The translations under genes and the position numbers were made by a program. The notes under the pieces are model-generated. The model was not told the origin of the DNA. It did no database searches and saw only the letters and a program-made list of their open reading frames with translations. Below are positions 1-10,213 of a stretch of 64,000 nucleotides of DNA, piece by piece. The stretch is from an uncultured delta proteobacterium. GTDB taxonomy: Bacteria > Desulfobacterota > Binatia > UBA9968. The stretch spans positions 96,001-160,000 of the forward strand of contig CAWJZV010000015.1 of NCBI GenBank assembly GCA_963847445.1, given 5' to 3'. Positions within the stretch are counted from its first letter, which is position 1, and each line of letters begins with the position of its first letter.

Positions 1-165
1 GACGCGCAAGGGCAGAACGGTATACGGCTTGCCGCCATGGGATGAGGTGCGGTAGCGGACGAAGATCACGCCGAAATGACGCCAGCCCTCGGCCCAGTAG
101 TGGTCCATCTTGGCCGGCGAGGCTCGTAAGCAGAGAAAATGCTCGTCCTGGTTCGAAGCGGTCAT
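1..165 (-). CDS. Arginyl/leucyl-tRNA-protein transferase (ATE/Bpt-like), N-terminal part, truncated by window edge
   Basis: Not in ORF track; manual translation from ATG at 165 gives MTASNQDEHFLCLRASPAKMDHYWAEGWRHFGVIFVRY...VLPLRV, resembling the GWRHFG-type ATE N-terminus. Confidence 0.6.
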   Translation of the reverse strand, partial: MTASNQDEHFLCLRASPAKMDHYWAEGWRHFGVIFVRYRTSSHGGKPYTVLPLRV

Positions 166-399
166 AGATCGATAAGGCGATCTTGAATCATTAGCCAAGG
201 CTCGGTCAACTCAATTGGCCAATTCTTTTGGCAACCCGTCCACGAACAAAAGCCGCCAGCGCCACTGACGGCGATGACAATTCCTGCCATGACTGAGCGA
301 TTAGCAAAAGCGCGGGATCGAATTCACATCCCGCCAAATAAAAAAGGGCAGCCGTCAAGTCAACGGTTGCCCTTTAGTTCTAACAAATTTCACTTGTTA

Positions 400-1200
400 C
401 TATTCCGACACGTCGATCAGCACGCCGTCGGGATCGGACATTTGATATTGGCCGAAGCAGCAGGATGCGAGCAGTTTTTGCCGCACTTCGCGCTCCGGGT
501 TTTTCTCTGGGCGGTTTTCATCCACGGTGTATTGAGGGGCATGTTTCTCCAAATCCGCTTTGAACGCTGTCAGGCTCTCGACCTTGAAACCGATGTGATC
601 GAGGGCGGGGCGTTCGATACCGGAGCCGGCGAAGTCAGAGATCTTCCAAGGCATCACCGCTAATGTAACCTTGCCGTCGGAAAGATAATGGTTGGGATCG
701 CCGTTGGGTTTTTCCAGTTCCTGCAGTTCAAATACGTCGCGATAAAACTCGCCGCATAGATCGGGATCGACGCAGCGCAGGCCGATATGGCCGACGCGCC
801 GTTTGCGCTCTTCGACTTTGTCGGTATAGAGGTCGCGTGCGGTTTTCCATGTTCAGCTTGCGACAGATCGAAGACATTGCCGTTGGGATCGTGCATGCTG
901 ATGCCGGCGAAGGGGCGGTTGCTCGGCCGATGGAGCACTTGGATTTTAGGATACTTGTCTTTAAGCCGGGCGAAGACGACCTCGGTGTCTTGGACCTCGA
1001 AGCCGAAATGATCGAATCCGGCCTGCCGTCCCGGCGCGCGCGGATTCAAGTTCAACCCGACGTAACCGTCGTGGCAGACGACCGCGCCGCCCGCTCGCGT
1101 TACAGCCCGACCGTTTCATGCCAAAAATATCGCGGTAAAAATCACCTTCATGATCGACGTTGCTGGTGACGATGGCCATGTGTCTCAATTGTGCGAACAT
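400..1200 (-). CDS. VOC/glyoxalase family protein (two VOC modules), frameshifted
   Basis: Three ORF fragments: LRHMAIVT..FYRDIFGM, GFDHFGFEV..DPNGNVFDLS, LDHIGFKV..DPDGVLIDVSE. Confidence 0.8.
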
Positions 1201-1273
1201 AGCGGGCTCCTTTGCGGGTTAGATTACCACTAACCTAGTTGAAGCGTGAGCAACTTGTCAACCGCAAACAAAC

Positions 1274-1359
1274 TGGAGTGATGGAGCATTGGAATGGTGG
1301 AGTGATGGGTGGAATCGGAAAACCCAACACTCCATAACTCCAACACTCCAGTACTCCAA
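1274..1359. repeat. Intergenic hairpin of TGGAGTRN octamer tandem arms, copy 1
   Basis: tggagtga tggagcat tggaatgg tggagtga tggg ... ccca acactcca taactcca acactcca gtactcca. Confidence 0.85.
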
Positions 1360-1367
1360 TTCGTTCG

Positions 1368-2831
1368 TCAGATGTTGACGACGACCACGCCCTTGGGCTC
1401 GAGGTAATAGTCGAGCGCTTCGGGGCCATGCTCGCGGCCGACGCCGCTGGATTTCACGCCGCCGAAGGGCAGTTCGTCGTAGCCGTAGTGCAGTGAATTG
1501 ACCCACACGTTGCCGGCTTGGAGCTTGTCGATGGCTTTGTTGGCGTGCAGCAAGTTGCGCGTCCAGATCGATGAGCCGAGGCCAAACTCGGACGCGTTGG
1601 CTTTCTCCAGGGCTTCGTCGAGAGTCTTGAAGGTGTAGACTGGCAGCGCCGGACCGAAGACCTCTTCTTTGGTCAAGCGCGAGTCTTCCGGCACGTTGGT
1701 CATCAGGGTCGGCAGATAGTAAAAGCCGTTGTCGAACTCGGCGCCCTTGGGGCGCTCACCGCCGAAGAGCACCTTGCCGCCACGGGCTTTGGCGTCTTCG
1801 ACTTGCTCTTCGACTTCTTGGCGCTGGGCGCCGACATGGATCGGCCCCATGCGGGTTTCCTTGCTCATGCCGTTGCCGACGGTCTTCTTTTTCAAGATTT
1901 CCACCAGTGCGCCGATAAAATTGTCGGCGATGGATTCTTGCAGGAACAAACGCTTCACGCCCAAGCACATCTGGCCGCAGTTAAAATAGCGGCCGACATC
2001 GGCCATCTTCACCGCCAGGTCGACGTTGCTGTCTTCCATGACGATCATTGGATCGCTGCCGCCCAATTCCAGAGTCACACGCTTGATTTCGCGGCCGGCG
2101 ACTTCCATGACATGGCGGCCGATCGGCGTCGATCCGGTAAAGGCGATGCGACGCACGCGCGGATTGCGCAGGAGTTCTTCGCCGACGCTGCCGCCGGGGC
2201 CGGTGACAATATTCACCGTGCCTTTGGGCAATGGTTTTTGCGCTTTGCCTTCGCCGAAGGTCGCCTGGGCGATGAGTTCGATGACTTTGATCGTCGCCAA
2301 CGGCGTGGTGCTGGCCGGCTTGATGATGATCGTGTTGCCGGCGGCCAACGCTGGACCCAACTTGGTGCCCATTAAAGTCAGCGGGAAATTCCATGGCACG
2401 ATGCCGCCGCACACGCCGATCGGTTGGCGCACGACCATGCCGTAGGCGTTTTTCTGCGGCAGCGGCACATGGGAGCCGCGCACTTTGGAGGCGAGGCCGG
2501 CGTAGAATTCCAGCCCATGCACGAGATGATGAATCTCCAAACCCGCTTCGAACAGCGTCTTGCCCTGTTCTTGGGTGAGCAGTTGGGCGATCTCCGCGGT
2601 ATTTTTCTTGATCAGCTCGCCGGCGTTCATCAGCGCGTTGCCGCGATCTTCGGGCGAAACGTCGGACCAGACCTTAAAAGCGTCTTCGGCCGCGGAGATC
2701 GCTTGTTGGACGTCCTTGTCGTTGCCCTGCGGCACGGTGTCGACCGTCGCGCCGGTGGCGGGATTGCGCACTTCGCTAGTGTTCTTGGTTACTGAATCGA
2801 CGGACTCGCCGCCGATGAACATCTTGGCCAT
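1368..2831 (-). CDS. NAD(P)-dependent aldehyde dehydrogenase
   Basis: PWNFP, FTGST, LELGG, FNCGQMC, EEVFGP, PFGGVKSSG motifs. Confidence 0.95.
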   Translation of the reverse strand: MAKMFIGGESVDSVTKNTSEVRNPATGATVDTVPQGNDKDVQQAISAAEDAFKVWSDVSPEDRGNALMNAGELIKKNTAEIAQLLTQEQGKTLFEAGLEIHHLVHGLEFYAGLASKVRGSHVPLPQKNAYGMVVRQPIGVCGGIVPWNFPLTLMGTKLGPALAAGNTIIIKPASTTPLATIKVIELIAQATFGEGKAQKPLPKGTVNIVTGPGGSVGEELLRNPRVRRIAFTGSTPIGRHVMEVAGREIKRVTLELGGSDPMIVMEDSNVDLAVKMADVGRYFNCGQMCLGVKRLFLQESIADNFIGALVEILKKKTVGNGMSKETRMGPIHVGAQRQEVEEQVEDAKARGGKVLFGGERPKGAEFDNGFYYLPTLMTNVPEDSRLTKEEVFGPALPVYTFKTLDEALEKANASEFGLGSSIWTRNLLHANKAIDKLQAGNVWVNSLHYGYDELPFGGVKSSGVGREHGPEALDYYLEPKGVVVVNI

Positions 2832-2850
2832 TAGTTAACCTCCATGGAAA

Positions 2851-2948
2851 AAGTAAATTAGTGAGTTAGCGAATAAGTGAATAGGAAGAAAAGTGCGTCT
2901 AGCGATGAAAGTTTTAGCCTATTCACTAACTTACTTATCCCTGAATTG
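2851..2948. repeat. Intergenic inverted repeat built from WAGTGAAT-like octamers
   Basis: aagtaaat tagtgagt tagcgaat aagtgaat agg ... cct attcacta acttactt. Confidence 0.65.
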
Positions 2949-2958
2949 CACTTGGCTA

Positions 2959-3744
2959 TTACTTTGCCTGTGAATTTTGCCGTGCGTCTTTTCCAGATAG
3001 GCTTTGACGCCTTCCTGGCCGTCTTCGCTGCCGAAGGTCTGCGCCAGGAGCTCGCGCTCGAAGGCCAAGCCGTCGGGCAGGGACAGTTCGAGGCCGGTGG
3101 TGATGGCGCGTTTCACTTTGCCCACCGCCAAACTGCTCTTGTTGGGCACGACGAACTGTTTGGCGTAGTCCATGACTTGATCCAGGAAACCCTCTTTCTC
3201 GTAGATGTAGTGGACCAAGCCCATTTCGAGGGCTTCTTCGAAGGCGATGGTTTTGCCGGTGAAGCAGAGCTCCATGGCGCGGGCTTTGCCGACCAAGCGC
3301 GGTAGGCGCTGGGTGCCGCCCATGCCGGGCATGACGCCCAGATTGATTTCCGCCAAGCCGATCGCGGCCGCCTTCCTTCTTGGCGATGCGGATGTCGCAG
3401 GCCATGGCGATTTCCAAGCCGCCGCCGACGGCGTGGCCGTTGATCGCCGCAATGATGATCTTCGGGGTGTTTTCCAGGCGCATGAGCACTTCGTGGCCGT
3501 GCAGCGCGAAGTTGTTTTTGAAACCGAGCGACTTGCTCGAGAGCATGTTGATGTCGGCGCCGGCGGAGAAAAACTTTTCGACCTTGCCGGTGATGACGAT
3601 GGCGTGGACATCGTCGTTGAAGCGGGCGTCGAGAATCGCCGCGTCCAATTCTTTGAGTAGTTCCGTAGTGTAGCTGTTGACCGGCGGGCGGTTGATTTCC
3701 AACACCGCGATGCCGTTTTCAATGCGCGAATCGATCATGGCCAT
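2959..3744 (-). CDS. Enoyl-CoA hydratase/isomerase (crotonase) family protein, frameshifted
   Basis: FSAGADI, AINGHAVGGGLE in one frame; GLAEINLGVMPGMGGTQRLPRLVG in another; shift near 3370; GGAGG RBS before ATG 3744. Confidence 0.9.
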   Translation of the reverse strand: MAMIDSRIENGIAVLEINRPPVNSYTTELLKELDAAILDARFNDDVHAIVITGKVEKFFSAGADINMLSSKSLGFKNNFALHGHEVLMRLENTPKIIIAAINGHAVGGGLEIAMACDIRIAKKEGGRDRLGGNQSGRHARHGRHPAPTALGRQSPRHGALLHRQNHRLRRSPRNGLGPLHLRERGFPGSSHGLRQTVRRAQQEQFGGGQSETRHHHRPRTVPARRLGLRARAPGADLRQRRRPGRRQSLSGKDARQNSQAK

Positions 3745-3887
3745 AACTGCCTCCTCATGCAAAATCAACTCAATGAATTAGCTGGCATGACCTCGTAAGT
3801 CAAGGCGCTTGGGCGATCACTAAGCGGTTGGAAAGTGCGCACAACTGTGACATCAGTAAGCGAAATCGGCCGAGGAAGGAATGACCT

Positions 3888-5087
3888 TTGGCGAAAAAAG
3901 ATTTACATGACGAGCGGCTGGAAAAAGGGCTTGCGGCGCTGCGATCGGCGGGGATTGCCGCAAGGATAGCCATAGACGCGCCCACGTCGGCGAGCGTTGC
4001 GCAGCTCAAGAGCGCCATCGGTCAATCGGCGGAAACGGATATTGCAGCGATATTCATGCTCGGCAAGATTGCCGCGCATGAATCGCTACATTTGATTCGC
4101 GAGATCGAAATCAGCGCCACCGACAAGGATGTAAAGAAAGAAATCAAACGCGCGCTCTTCAAGCTCAGTCAAAAGGGTATTGTCGCAGCCCAGGAGCCGC
4201 CGGCCGAGAAAAAGCCCGCGCCGCTGTTCGAGCGAGAATACGAGATCGAGGCCTATATGTCCGCCGTCGATGGCGGCGGCGGCAGGTTGGTTTGGATCGC
4301 CAAGCCGCAGCCCAATCGCGGTTTGCAGGTGATCCAGGCGATGTTGCATGACCGCGACGGGCTCTTGCGTTTTGGCGGTGTGCAGATGAAGCGCAAGGAG
4401 TTGCGCGCCATGGCCGACGAGATCAAGCAGCAGCATGGCGTCAGCATGATCGCGGTGCCGTGGGAGTTCGCCGACCGGATCGTTTACGAAGGTTATGAAA
4501 GGGCCAAGGCGCGCGGCCAGAGCGGCCAAAGCGACCTCAATGACTTTCACGCGATTCGCTCGGTCATCGGCACGGGGAAGCCGAAAGCCGTGACGCATCC
4601 GGTTTACCAAAAACTTGGCACTGAGGATTTTCGTGACGGTTCGTGGCGCGAACAGTCGCGCCGTTTGCTCGAAGAACCGGAGCTGCGCTACTGGGTGATC
4701 GTCGACGAATGGGTGCAGGACTGCCTGGCGGCGTTGCATGAAGCGCAGTCGAGCCCGCTGGTGTTGAACCCAGTGCAAAAGGAAGAACGGCTCGCCAGCG
4801 TCGTGCGCGACGCGGTCAAGACGCTTTGCGCCGGCGACAACGGCCAAGCGTTCAAGCGGCGCATGGAAGACATGGCGCTCTATTTCGCCGAGACAGGTCG
4901 CCTGGAGCAGGCCAAAGTTTCACTCGCGGTGGCACAGCAAGTCGGCGAAGGCGATCCCGGGCCGTTGGATATTTCATTTCTCACCGGGCTGATGCAAAAG
5001 AGTTTCGTCTTTCTCATGTCGCAGATGAAAGCGCAGCACGAAGCCCAGCAGAAAGCGGAGCAATCGTCGCTGATCATCAAGCCGTAG
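3888..5087 (+). CDS. Hypothetical protein (helical, N-terminus HEAT-like)
   Basis: 399 aa ORF with host-like codon pattern; no family recognised. Confidence 0.75.
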   Translation: MAKKDLHDERLEKGLAALRSAGIAARIAIDAPTSASVAQLKSAIGQSAETDIAAIFMLGKIAAHESLHLIREIEISATDKDVKKEIKRALFKLSQKGIVAAQEPPAEKKPAPLFEREYEIEAYMSAVDGGGGRLVWIAKPQPNRGLQVIQAMLHDRDGLLRFGGVQMKRKELRAMADEIKQQHGVSMIAVPWEFADRIVYEGYERAKARGQSGQSDLNDFHAIRSVIGTGKPKAVTHPVYQKLGTEDFRDGSWREQSRRLLEEPELRYWVIVDEWVQDCLAALHEAQSSPLVLNPVQKEERLASVVRDAVKTLCAGDNGQAFKRRMEDMALYFAETGRLEQAKVSLAVAQQVGEGDPGPLDISFLTGLMQKSFVFLMSQMKAQHEAQQKAEQSSLIIKP

Positions 5088-5416
5088 GACGACCTGATCT
5101 TATAGAATAGCAAGGGAATCCTAAGATTCGGTTTTAGGAATATCCGCCTTCGAGCCGTTGCCAACAAGTTTGCCTGATTGTCGCCAAGAAAAAATTGCCC
5201 TACGAGTCGGTGCTAACTTAGCCCCAAGAAATTCAGCTGACTGTCATAACCTACACTATCTTTCTGTTTGCTTAGGGACCTTTTTGATCGACAAGGTTCC
5301 ACTTTGTACCTAATCCCTCGGCGTTAGCGGAACACATTTCTCGTGCAAGTTCTCGGGAAGTTCATTTCTTCGTTTTTGCTACCTTGGTGTCGCGGAGAGT
5401 TTTTAATCTGCTTTTC

Positions 5417-5431
5417 TGGCACGGGGTTTGC
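5417..5431 (+). promoter_or_regulatory. Sigma-54 (-24/-12) promoter
   Basis: TGGCACG-GGGT-TTGC matches TGGCACG-N4-TTGC, with 10 nt between GG and GC; 36 nt before ATG 5468. Confidence 0.75.
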
Positions 5432-5467
5432 GCTTAACTGCTGCAAATCTATCATCGAGGAGGTTTA

Positions 5468-6157
5468 ATGAAATCTAAGTTTTTAGCAGCGACACTAGCA
5501 GCAGCATTGGCAGCACCGTTGGCCATTGCATCCCAAGGTGCCGCATCGGGTAAGGGGAATGGCAAGTCGAGTCGAGACGGCGGGTCCTCGACCAAACTTT
5601 ATGCGAAGTTTGTTGCACCGGTGCCGCCTATAGTTCTCCCGGATGAATTTAAGAGCCGGGTGAAATATCAAAAGAAGTCGAACAGTAAAGGGACCGAGGA
5701 GGAGATCGAGGCGAAGGTTCTCTTTGCCGTGCCAGCGGCTACCGCGTTGGATCCATTAGTCGATACCACGGGTTTTCTGGTAAGGATATTGACTGCCGGG
5801 GTGGAAAAGGGCAGCTGCGTGCTGCTTGCCAAGGCCATCGAACTTGAATATTTGGCGGGTGTTTTGAGCGAGTTCGATGTCAGATACGCCGCCAAGGTAC
5901 AAGAAAAAACTCCGATTGCCGGTCCGCCGTCGACGATTAAGAACCGAGTCGGCGATTGTTGGGTGACGACAGCCGTTGCCCCTGCGCTGCCGGGGAGAGG
6001 TGTGCCGGATGTCGCGCTTGGCGATACCGTAGAACTGTCCTCGATAACGCTGCCCGTGTTGCCTCTAGCCGCCGCGCCTGCTCCTGGCACGCTGCTTCTC
6101 TCGGGGGTATTCGGCACGGGTCATGACCATGGTGATGACGAAGACGACGAGGATTAA
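5468..6157 (+). CDS. Hypothetical secreted protein with His/acidic C-terminal tail
   Basis: Strong GAGGAGG RBS, Sec-type signal MKSKFLAATLAAALAAPLAIA, ends GHDHGDDEDDED; followed by terminator. Confidence 0.8.
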   Translation: MKSKFLAATLAAALAAPLAIASQGAASGKGNGKSSRDGGSSTKLYAKFVAPVPPIVLPDEFKSRVKYQKKSNSKGTEEEIEAKVLFAVPAATALDPLVDTTGFLVRILTAGVEKGSCVLLAKAIELEYLAGVLSEFDVRYAAKVQEKTPIAGPPSTIKNRVGDCWVTTAVAPALPGRGVPDVALGDTVELSSITLPVLPLAAAPAPGTLLLSGVFGTGHDHGDDEDDED

Positions 6158-6184
6158 CCCGCGACCTTTGTGAATTAGTTCACC

Positions 6185-6220
6185 GCCGGGGTGCGTTTAA
6201 AAGCGCACCCCGGCTTTTTT
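6185..6220 (+). terminator. Rho-independent terminator
   Basis: gccggggtgcgt-ttaaaa-gcgcaccccggc followed by TTTTTT. Confidence 0.85.
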
Positions 6221-6471
6221 ATGCTCAGCCGGGCTTGCGCGCTAGAAATTATCCGCGTTTACGTGCATGGGAGAGTTCTGGGCGCGCATGAGTCTGAACT
6301 TCGCCAACCATTATCGGCACAGGATCTTACCCAGGATTATACTCGGCGGCAAGTGCTCGCCACCGCTATGAGCGATTGATGTTTAACGGGGATCTAGGCA
6401 GGTCTGGGCCAGGTCATGCGAAAAATGCTGTGGGACAACGCGACGTGATGTTTCGGAGAGCCGTATTGAAG

Positions 6472-6502
6472 CAGGACCGGGCTGCTTTCAAGCCCGGTCC
6501 TG
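6472..6502 (-). terminator. GC-rich hairpin downstream of the M20 gene
   Basis: caggaccgggct-gctttca-agcccggtcctg, 12 bp perfect stem; weak U tract. Confidence 0.5.
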
Positions 6503-6517
6503 ATCATCGTTCTTGCG

Positions 6518-7801
6518 TCAGCTTCTCACTCGCGTGCAGATATCCAACGCGATCAGCGCGTAAAGTTTGGCCGCATTGACCATCGCGTCGATTTCTATTT
6601 CTTCATTGCGCGGGCCGATGCGCCGGCCGCGCGGGCCGATCTTGATCGCGGGAATTCCTAATTCGTTGTAAACGTTGGTGTCGGTCCAGATGCTGGCGCG
6701 GTCGGCGGCTTCGTGTTTGATCTTTTCTTTGAATAGATGCTGATAAACTTCCTCGGCGGATTGCACCAGCGGCTCGACCTGTTTGCCTTCGTGGCCGAGC
6801 AGCGACTTGTAGATGTCCAACTGGTAATCGAGTCCGGTTGCGTTCAGAGTTTTTTCTAATTCGTATTGGATCTGCACGGGGCGGACTTGCGGCGGCATGC
6901 GGATGTCGACGTAGATGGCGCAGACGCCGGGGAAATAGTTGGGCCGATAGGGCGCGCCGCCTTCGATGCCGCCGATGTTCACTTTCGGATAGAGCGGGCC
7001 GGTGGGGGATTGATAGATATATTTGGCTTCGAACTCGGCGCCCCATTTTTCGATGGCGTCGATGATCTTGGTCATTTTGACGATCGCATTCATCTTTACC
7101 ATCGGATGGGTTTCACGGTTGGTGCCCCAGGCGGCTTCGGCTTTGCCGGTGGTCTGTATCTTCACTTGCACGACGCCGTTCTGAGTCCAGACGATGTTCA
7201 TGTCCGAACCGTCGCAACAGATGGCGTAGTCAGAGTGCATGCCGTGGGTGAGCAGATGACGGGTGCCGGCGCCTTCGCCGCGGTACTCTTTGGTCTGCCA
7301 GGGGCCGACGGGGGTGCGCGAGATCTCGCCGACGACGGCGGCCAGGATGACATCGCCCTTCAGCTTCACGCGCTTTTGTGGAGTGCCTTGCCGGCCATCA
7401 TGAAGGCGGCGACGCCGCCTTTCATGTTGGAAATGCCCAGGCCTTGGACTTTGTTGCCGACGATTTTGCCGGCGAGTTCCGACTGCGGTTCCATGACCGC
7501 GACCATGCGGCGGTCTTCCTCGGTGCCGGTGAAGCTGGTGTCGGTGTGGCCGTTGAATCCCAGGCTCAAGCCGGTGCCGTCACCTTTAACGATGCCGACG
7601 GCGTTGGGCCGATCGTATTCGACATCCTGGCGCACGGCGCGCAGGCCGTTGGCTTCGAACCAAGTCAAAATAAATTCGCCGATGGCTTTTTCCTGTCCGG
7701 TGGGACTGGGAATGCTGGTGAGATCGGCGCCAAGTTGGGCCAGTTCGTCGCGGTCGATTTGTGACAAAACTTTTTGTGCTGCTGCGAGTATCGAGAGCCA
7801 T
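6518..7801 (-). CDS. M20/ArgE-DapE family metallohydrolase, frameshifted
   Basis: FNGHTDT, GLGISNMKGG, AAVVGE motifs spread over fragments 7586-7801, 7366-7767 and 6518-7369. Confidence 0.85.
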
Positions 7802-7909
7802 CGGCTTCCTCCAAAAGTAATCGTTTGTAACTAACCAAGGGGACTGGCTAAGTCAATCTGACGGTGCCGATGGTAATGGTTTGATTCTGGCTTGGGTGCT
7901 GGGAAAGGG

Positions 7910-7980
7910 AAAGATTTCTCGCTCCGCTCGAAATGACAGAATTGCCGCACCGTCATCCCGAATGAAGCTGGGGGATCTCG
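7910..7980. repeat. REP/RPE-like palindromic element
   Basis: agatttctcgctccgctcgaaatgaca ... cgtcatcccgaa ... gggatctc; related sequence at 9957-10040. Confidence 0.55.
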
Positions 7981-8070
7981 CCAAACCTAAGCCCCTGGGC
8001 GTGAATTGCTACTCGCTTGAAATCTTCGGCTGGGCTCTTTACAGTCAAATCGCTTCACTCGCTGCCCCAA

Positions 8071-8619
8071 ATGGCCGTCCTGTCAAAAGAAAAATTTCAC
8101 GCAGCATTAAGGAAATCGATGGACACATCGTCGCTCTTGATGGTCGCCGCGGCAGTAATCGCGGTGATCGCCGTCTATGTCAAATCTCCCAAGGCCGCCG
8201 AGTCCGGTGTCGGCGCCGGGCTCTCGTTGCTCATCGAGATCGCGCCGCGCATGATCGCGGCATTTACTTTGGCCGGCCTGGTGCAGGCGGTGGTGCCGCA
8301 GGAAACCATTGTGCGCTGGATGGGGCAGGGTTCCGGTTATCGTGGACTTGATGATCGGCATGACCTTGGGCAGCGTCACCCCGGGCGGGCCGATGACCCA
8401 TTTCCCGGTGATCGCCTCGCTCTACAAAGTCGGCGTCGGCGTCGGACCCTTGGTGGCGTACCTGACGGCTTGGTCGCTTTCGGCTTGCAACGCATTATCA
8501 TGTGGGAGCTGCCGTTTCTTGGCGCGAAAGTGGTGGCGATTCGTGTGGCGGTGAGTTTGTTCTTTCCCTTCTTCGCCGGCTGGCTCTGCGAATTGATTTG
8601 GGACAAATTGAACGTCTAA
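8071..8619 (+). CDS. Predicted permease (DUF318-like), frameshifted
   Basis: Hydrophobic; AGLVQAVVPQETIVRWMG and GSVTPGGPM segments in two frames. Confidence 0.7.
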   Translation: MAVLSKEKFHAALRKSMDTSSLLMVAAAVIAVIAVYVKSPKAAESGVGAGLSLLIEIAPRMIAAFTLAGLVQAVVPQETIVRWMGQGSGYRGLDDRHDLGQRHPGRADDPFPGDRLALQSRRRRRTLGGVPDGLVAFGLQRIIMWELPFLGAKVVAIRVAVSLFFPFFAGWLCELIWDKLNV

Positions 8620-9903
8620 GTGAGCATGAACCGGCGTAGGTTTCTCAAAGTCATGGGCGGGGCCGGGCTCGCCATGCCTGGGCTGATCGGCGTGTCGAGT
8701 TGCAGCCGGCAACTCTTCAATCCCGATGCGGGAACCGGCTTGTCGCTAGGCTACGTCAGCGGCGATGTCAGTGCCGACAGCGCGCTGGTGTGGCTCCGGG
8801 CGGACGCGGGTAGTCGCGTGGTTCTCGATTACGGCAAGGAGCCGGGTCTGGCGCAGTTTCAAACCACTCAAGCGCGCGCTGTCGACGCCGCCGCGGATCA
8901 CTGCGCGATTTTTTCTCTGGATGGTTTGGACCCGGCGACAAGGTATTACTACCGGGCGATGGCCGAAGGCCGGACGGCGGGGCCGGTGGCGAGCTTCGTC
9001 ACGGCGCCACGCGCGGATGACGATGCCAAGGTAACGTTCTGCTTTAGCGGCGACACGCGCCAGGGTTACAAGCCGTTTACGGTGATGCATGCGGTGCGCG
9101 CCCAGCGGCCGGACTTCTTTCTCCATTTGGGCGATACGATCTACGCCGACCGCAACGGGACAGCCCATACATTGCCCGAGTTCTGGGACAAGTACCGGAT
9201 CAACCGCGACGATGCCGCGGCACAGCGCTGCTTCGCCGAGACCAGCGTTTACGTGATGTGGGACGATCATGAAGTCGAAGACAATTATCTGCCGGGCCAT
9301 CCGTTGGCGCCCATCGGCAGACAAGCCTTTCTCGACTACTGGCCGGTGCGCCGACCGGCCTCCGAACCGGAGCGGATTTATCGCGCGGTGCGCTGGGGGC
9401 GGGCGGTGGACTTGCTTGTCCTCGATACCAGGCAATACCGCGCTTTCGATCGCAGCACCATGCTGGGGCGCCGGCAGAAGGACTGGTTTTTCGATCGTCT
9501 GGGTAACTCCAGCGCGACGTTTAAGTTTGTCGCGACCACCGTGCCCATGGCCGGCGGCGGTCAGGACCGCTGGGATGGCTATCCCAAGGAACGGGCCGAG
9601 ATCCTGCGCTACATTCAACAAAAGAAAATTCCCGGCGTGGTGTTCATGAGCGCCGATATGCACTACGCGGCGGTGACCAAGATTCCCAAAGGCAATGGGC
9701 TGATCGACATTACCGCCGGGCCGTTGGCCGCGCAGCTCAACCGGGTCACCAACAGCGCCAATCGCCGCTATGAATTCTTCCTCGCGGAAAATTTCAACTT
9801 CGCCAAAATCACCGTCGACCCCAAAGTGAATGCCAACGTGGCGCTGCTTGAGTTCATCGATCAAGATAATCGGGTGTTTTACACGCGGAAGATTCGCGCC
9901 TGA
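8620..9903 (+). CDS. phoD: Alkaline phosphatase D family protein with Tat signal
   Basis: NRRRFLK twin-arginine signal; HLGDTIYAD, WDDHEV, LDTRQYR, DRWDGY, SADMH motifs. Confidence 0.9.
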   Translation: MSMNRRRFLKVMGGAGLAMPGLIGVSSCSRQLFNPDAGTGLSLGYVSGDVSADSALVWLRADAGSRVVLDYGKEPGLAQFQTTQARAVDAAADHCAIFSLDGLDPATRYYYRAMAEGRTAGPVASFVTAPRADDDAKVTFCFSGDTRQGYKPFTVMHAVRAQRPDFFLHLGDTIYADRNGTAHTLPEFWDKYRINRDDAAAQRCFAETSVYVMWDDHEVEDNYLPGHPLAPIGRQAFLDYWPVRRPASEPERIYRAVRWGRAVDLLVLDTRQYRAFDRSTMLGRRQKDWFFDRLGNSSATFKFVATTVPMAGGGQDRWDGYPKERAEILRYIQQKKIPGVVFMSADMHYAAVTKIPKGNGLIDITAGPLAAQLNRVTNSANRRYEFFLAENFNFAKITVDPKVNANVALLEFIDQDNRVFYTRKIRA

Positions 9904-9954
9904 GTGAATGACTCTGCGTCAAGAATTCACGCGAGTTTGCTGTAGACCGGCTTG

Positions 9955-10205
9955 GCGTCATTGCGAACCCAGTGCGGAATTTTGTCCGACGGAAGCGACT
10001 GTGTGACGAGACGAAATCCTTCACTTCGTTCTAGGATGACACAACTGCTGCGTCATGCCGGTGAAGACGGGCACCATCTTCGCCTTTGGTTCAGCCGCAA
10101 AACGCCTGGATTCCCGCGTCGCGGGAATGACGGAAATCGAGGAGTTGACGATTGCCAGCGTCGGTAACCGGATTTAGGATTACGCTACGCTAACCCAACC
10201 GCGGA
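9955..10205. repeat. Mosaic of short palindromic repeats between convergent genes
   Basis: gtcattgcga..., atccttcacttcgttctaggatgaca, cgtcatgccgg..., ggattcccgcgtcgcgggaatgacg, ttacgctacgctaacccaacc. Confidence 0.6.
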
Positions 10206-10213
10206 TTCTGATT

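Noticed and set aside
1258-1506. Small ORFs containing EYWSVGVME / ITPPLQYS peptides (also near 11435-11641, 23508, 38066, 62643)
   Set aside because: These peptides are translations of the octamer hairpin repeat, not genes.
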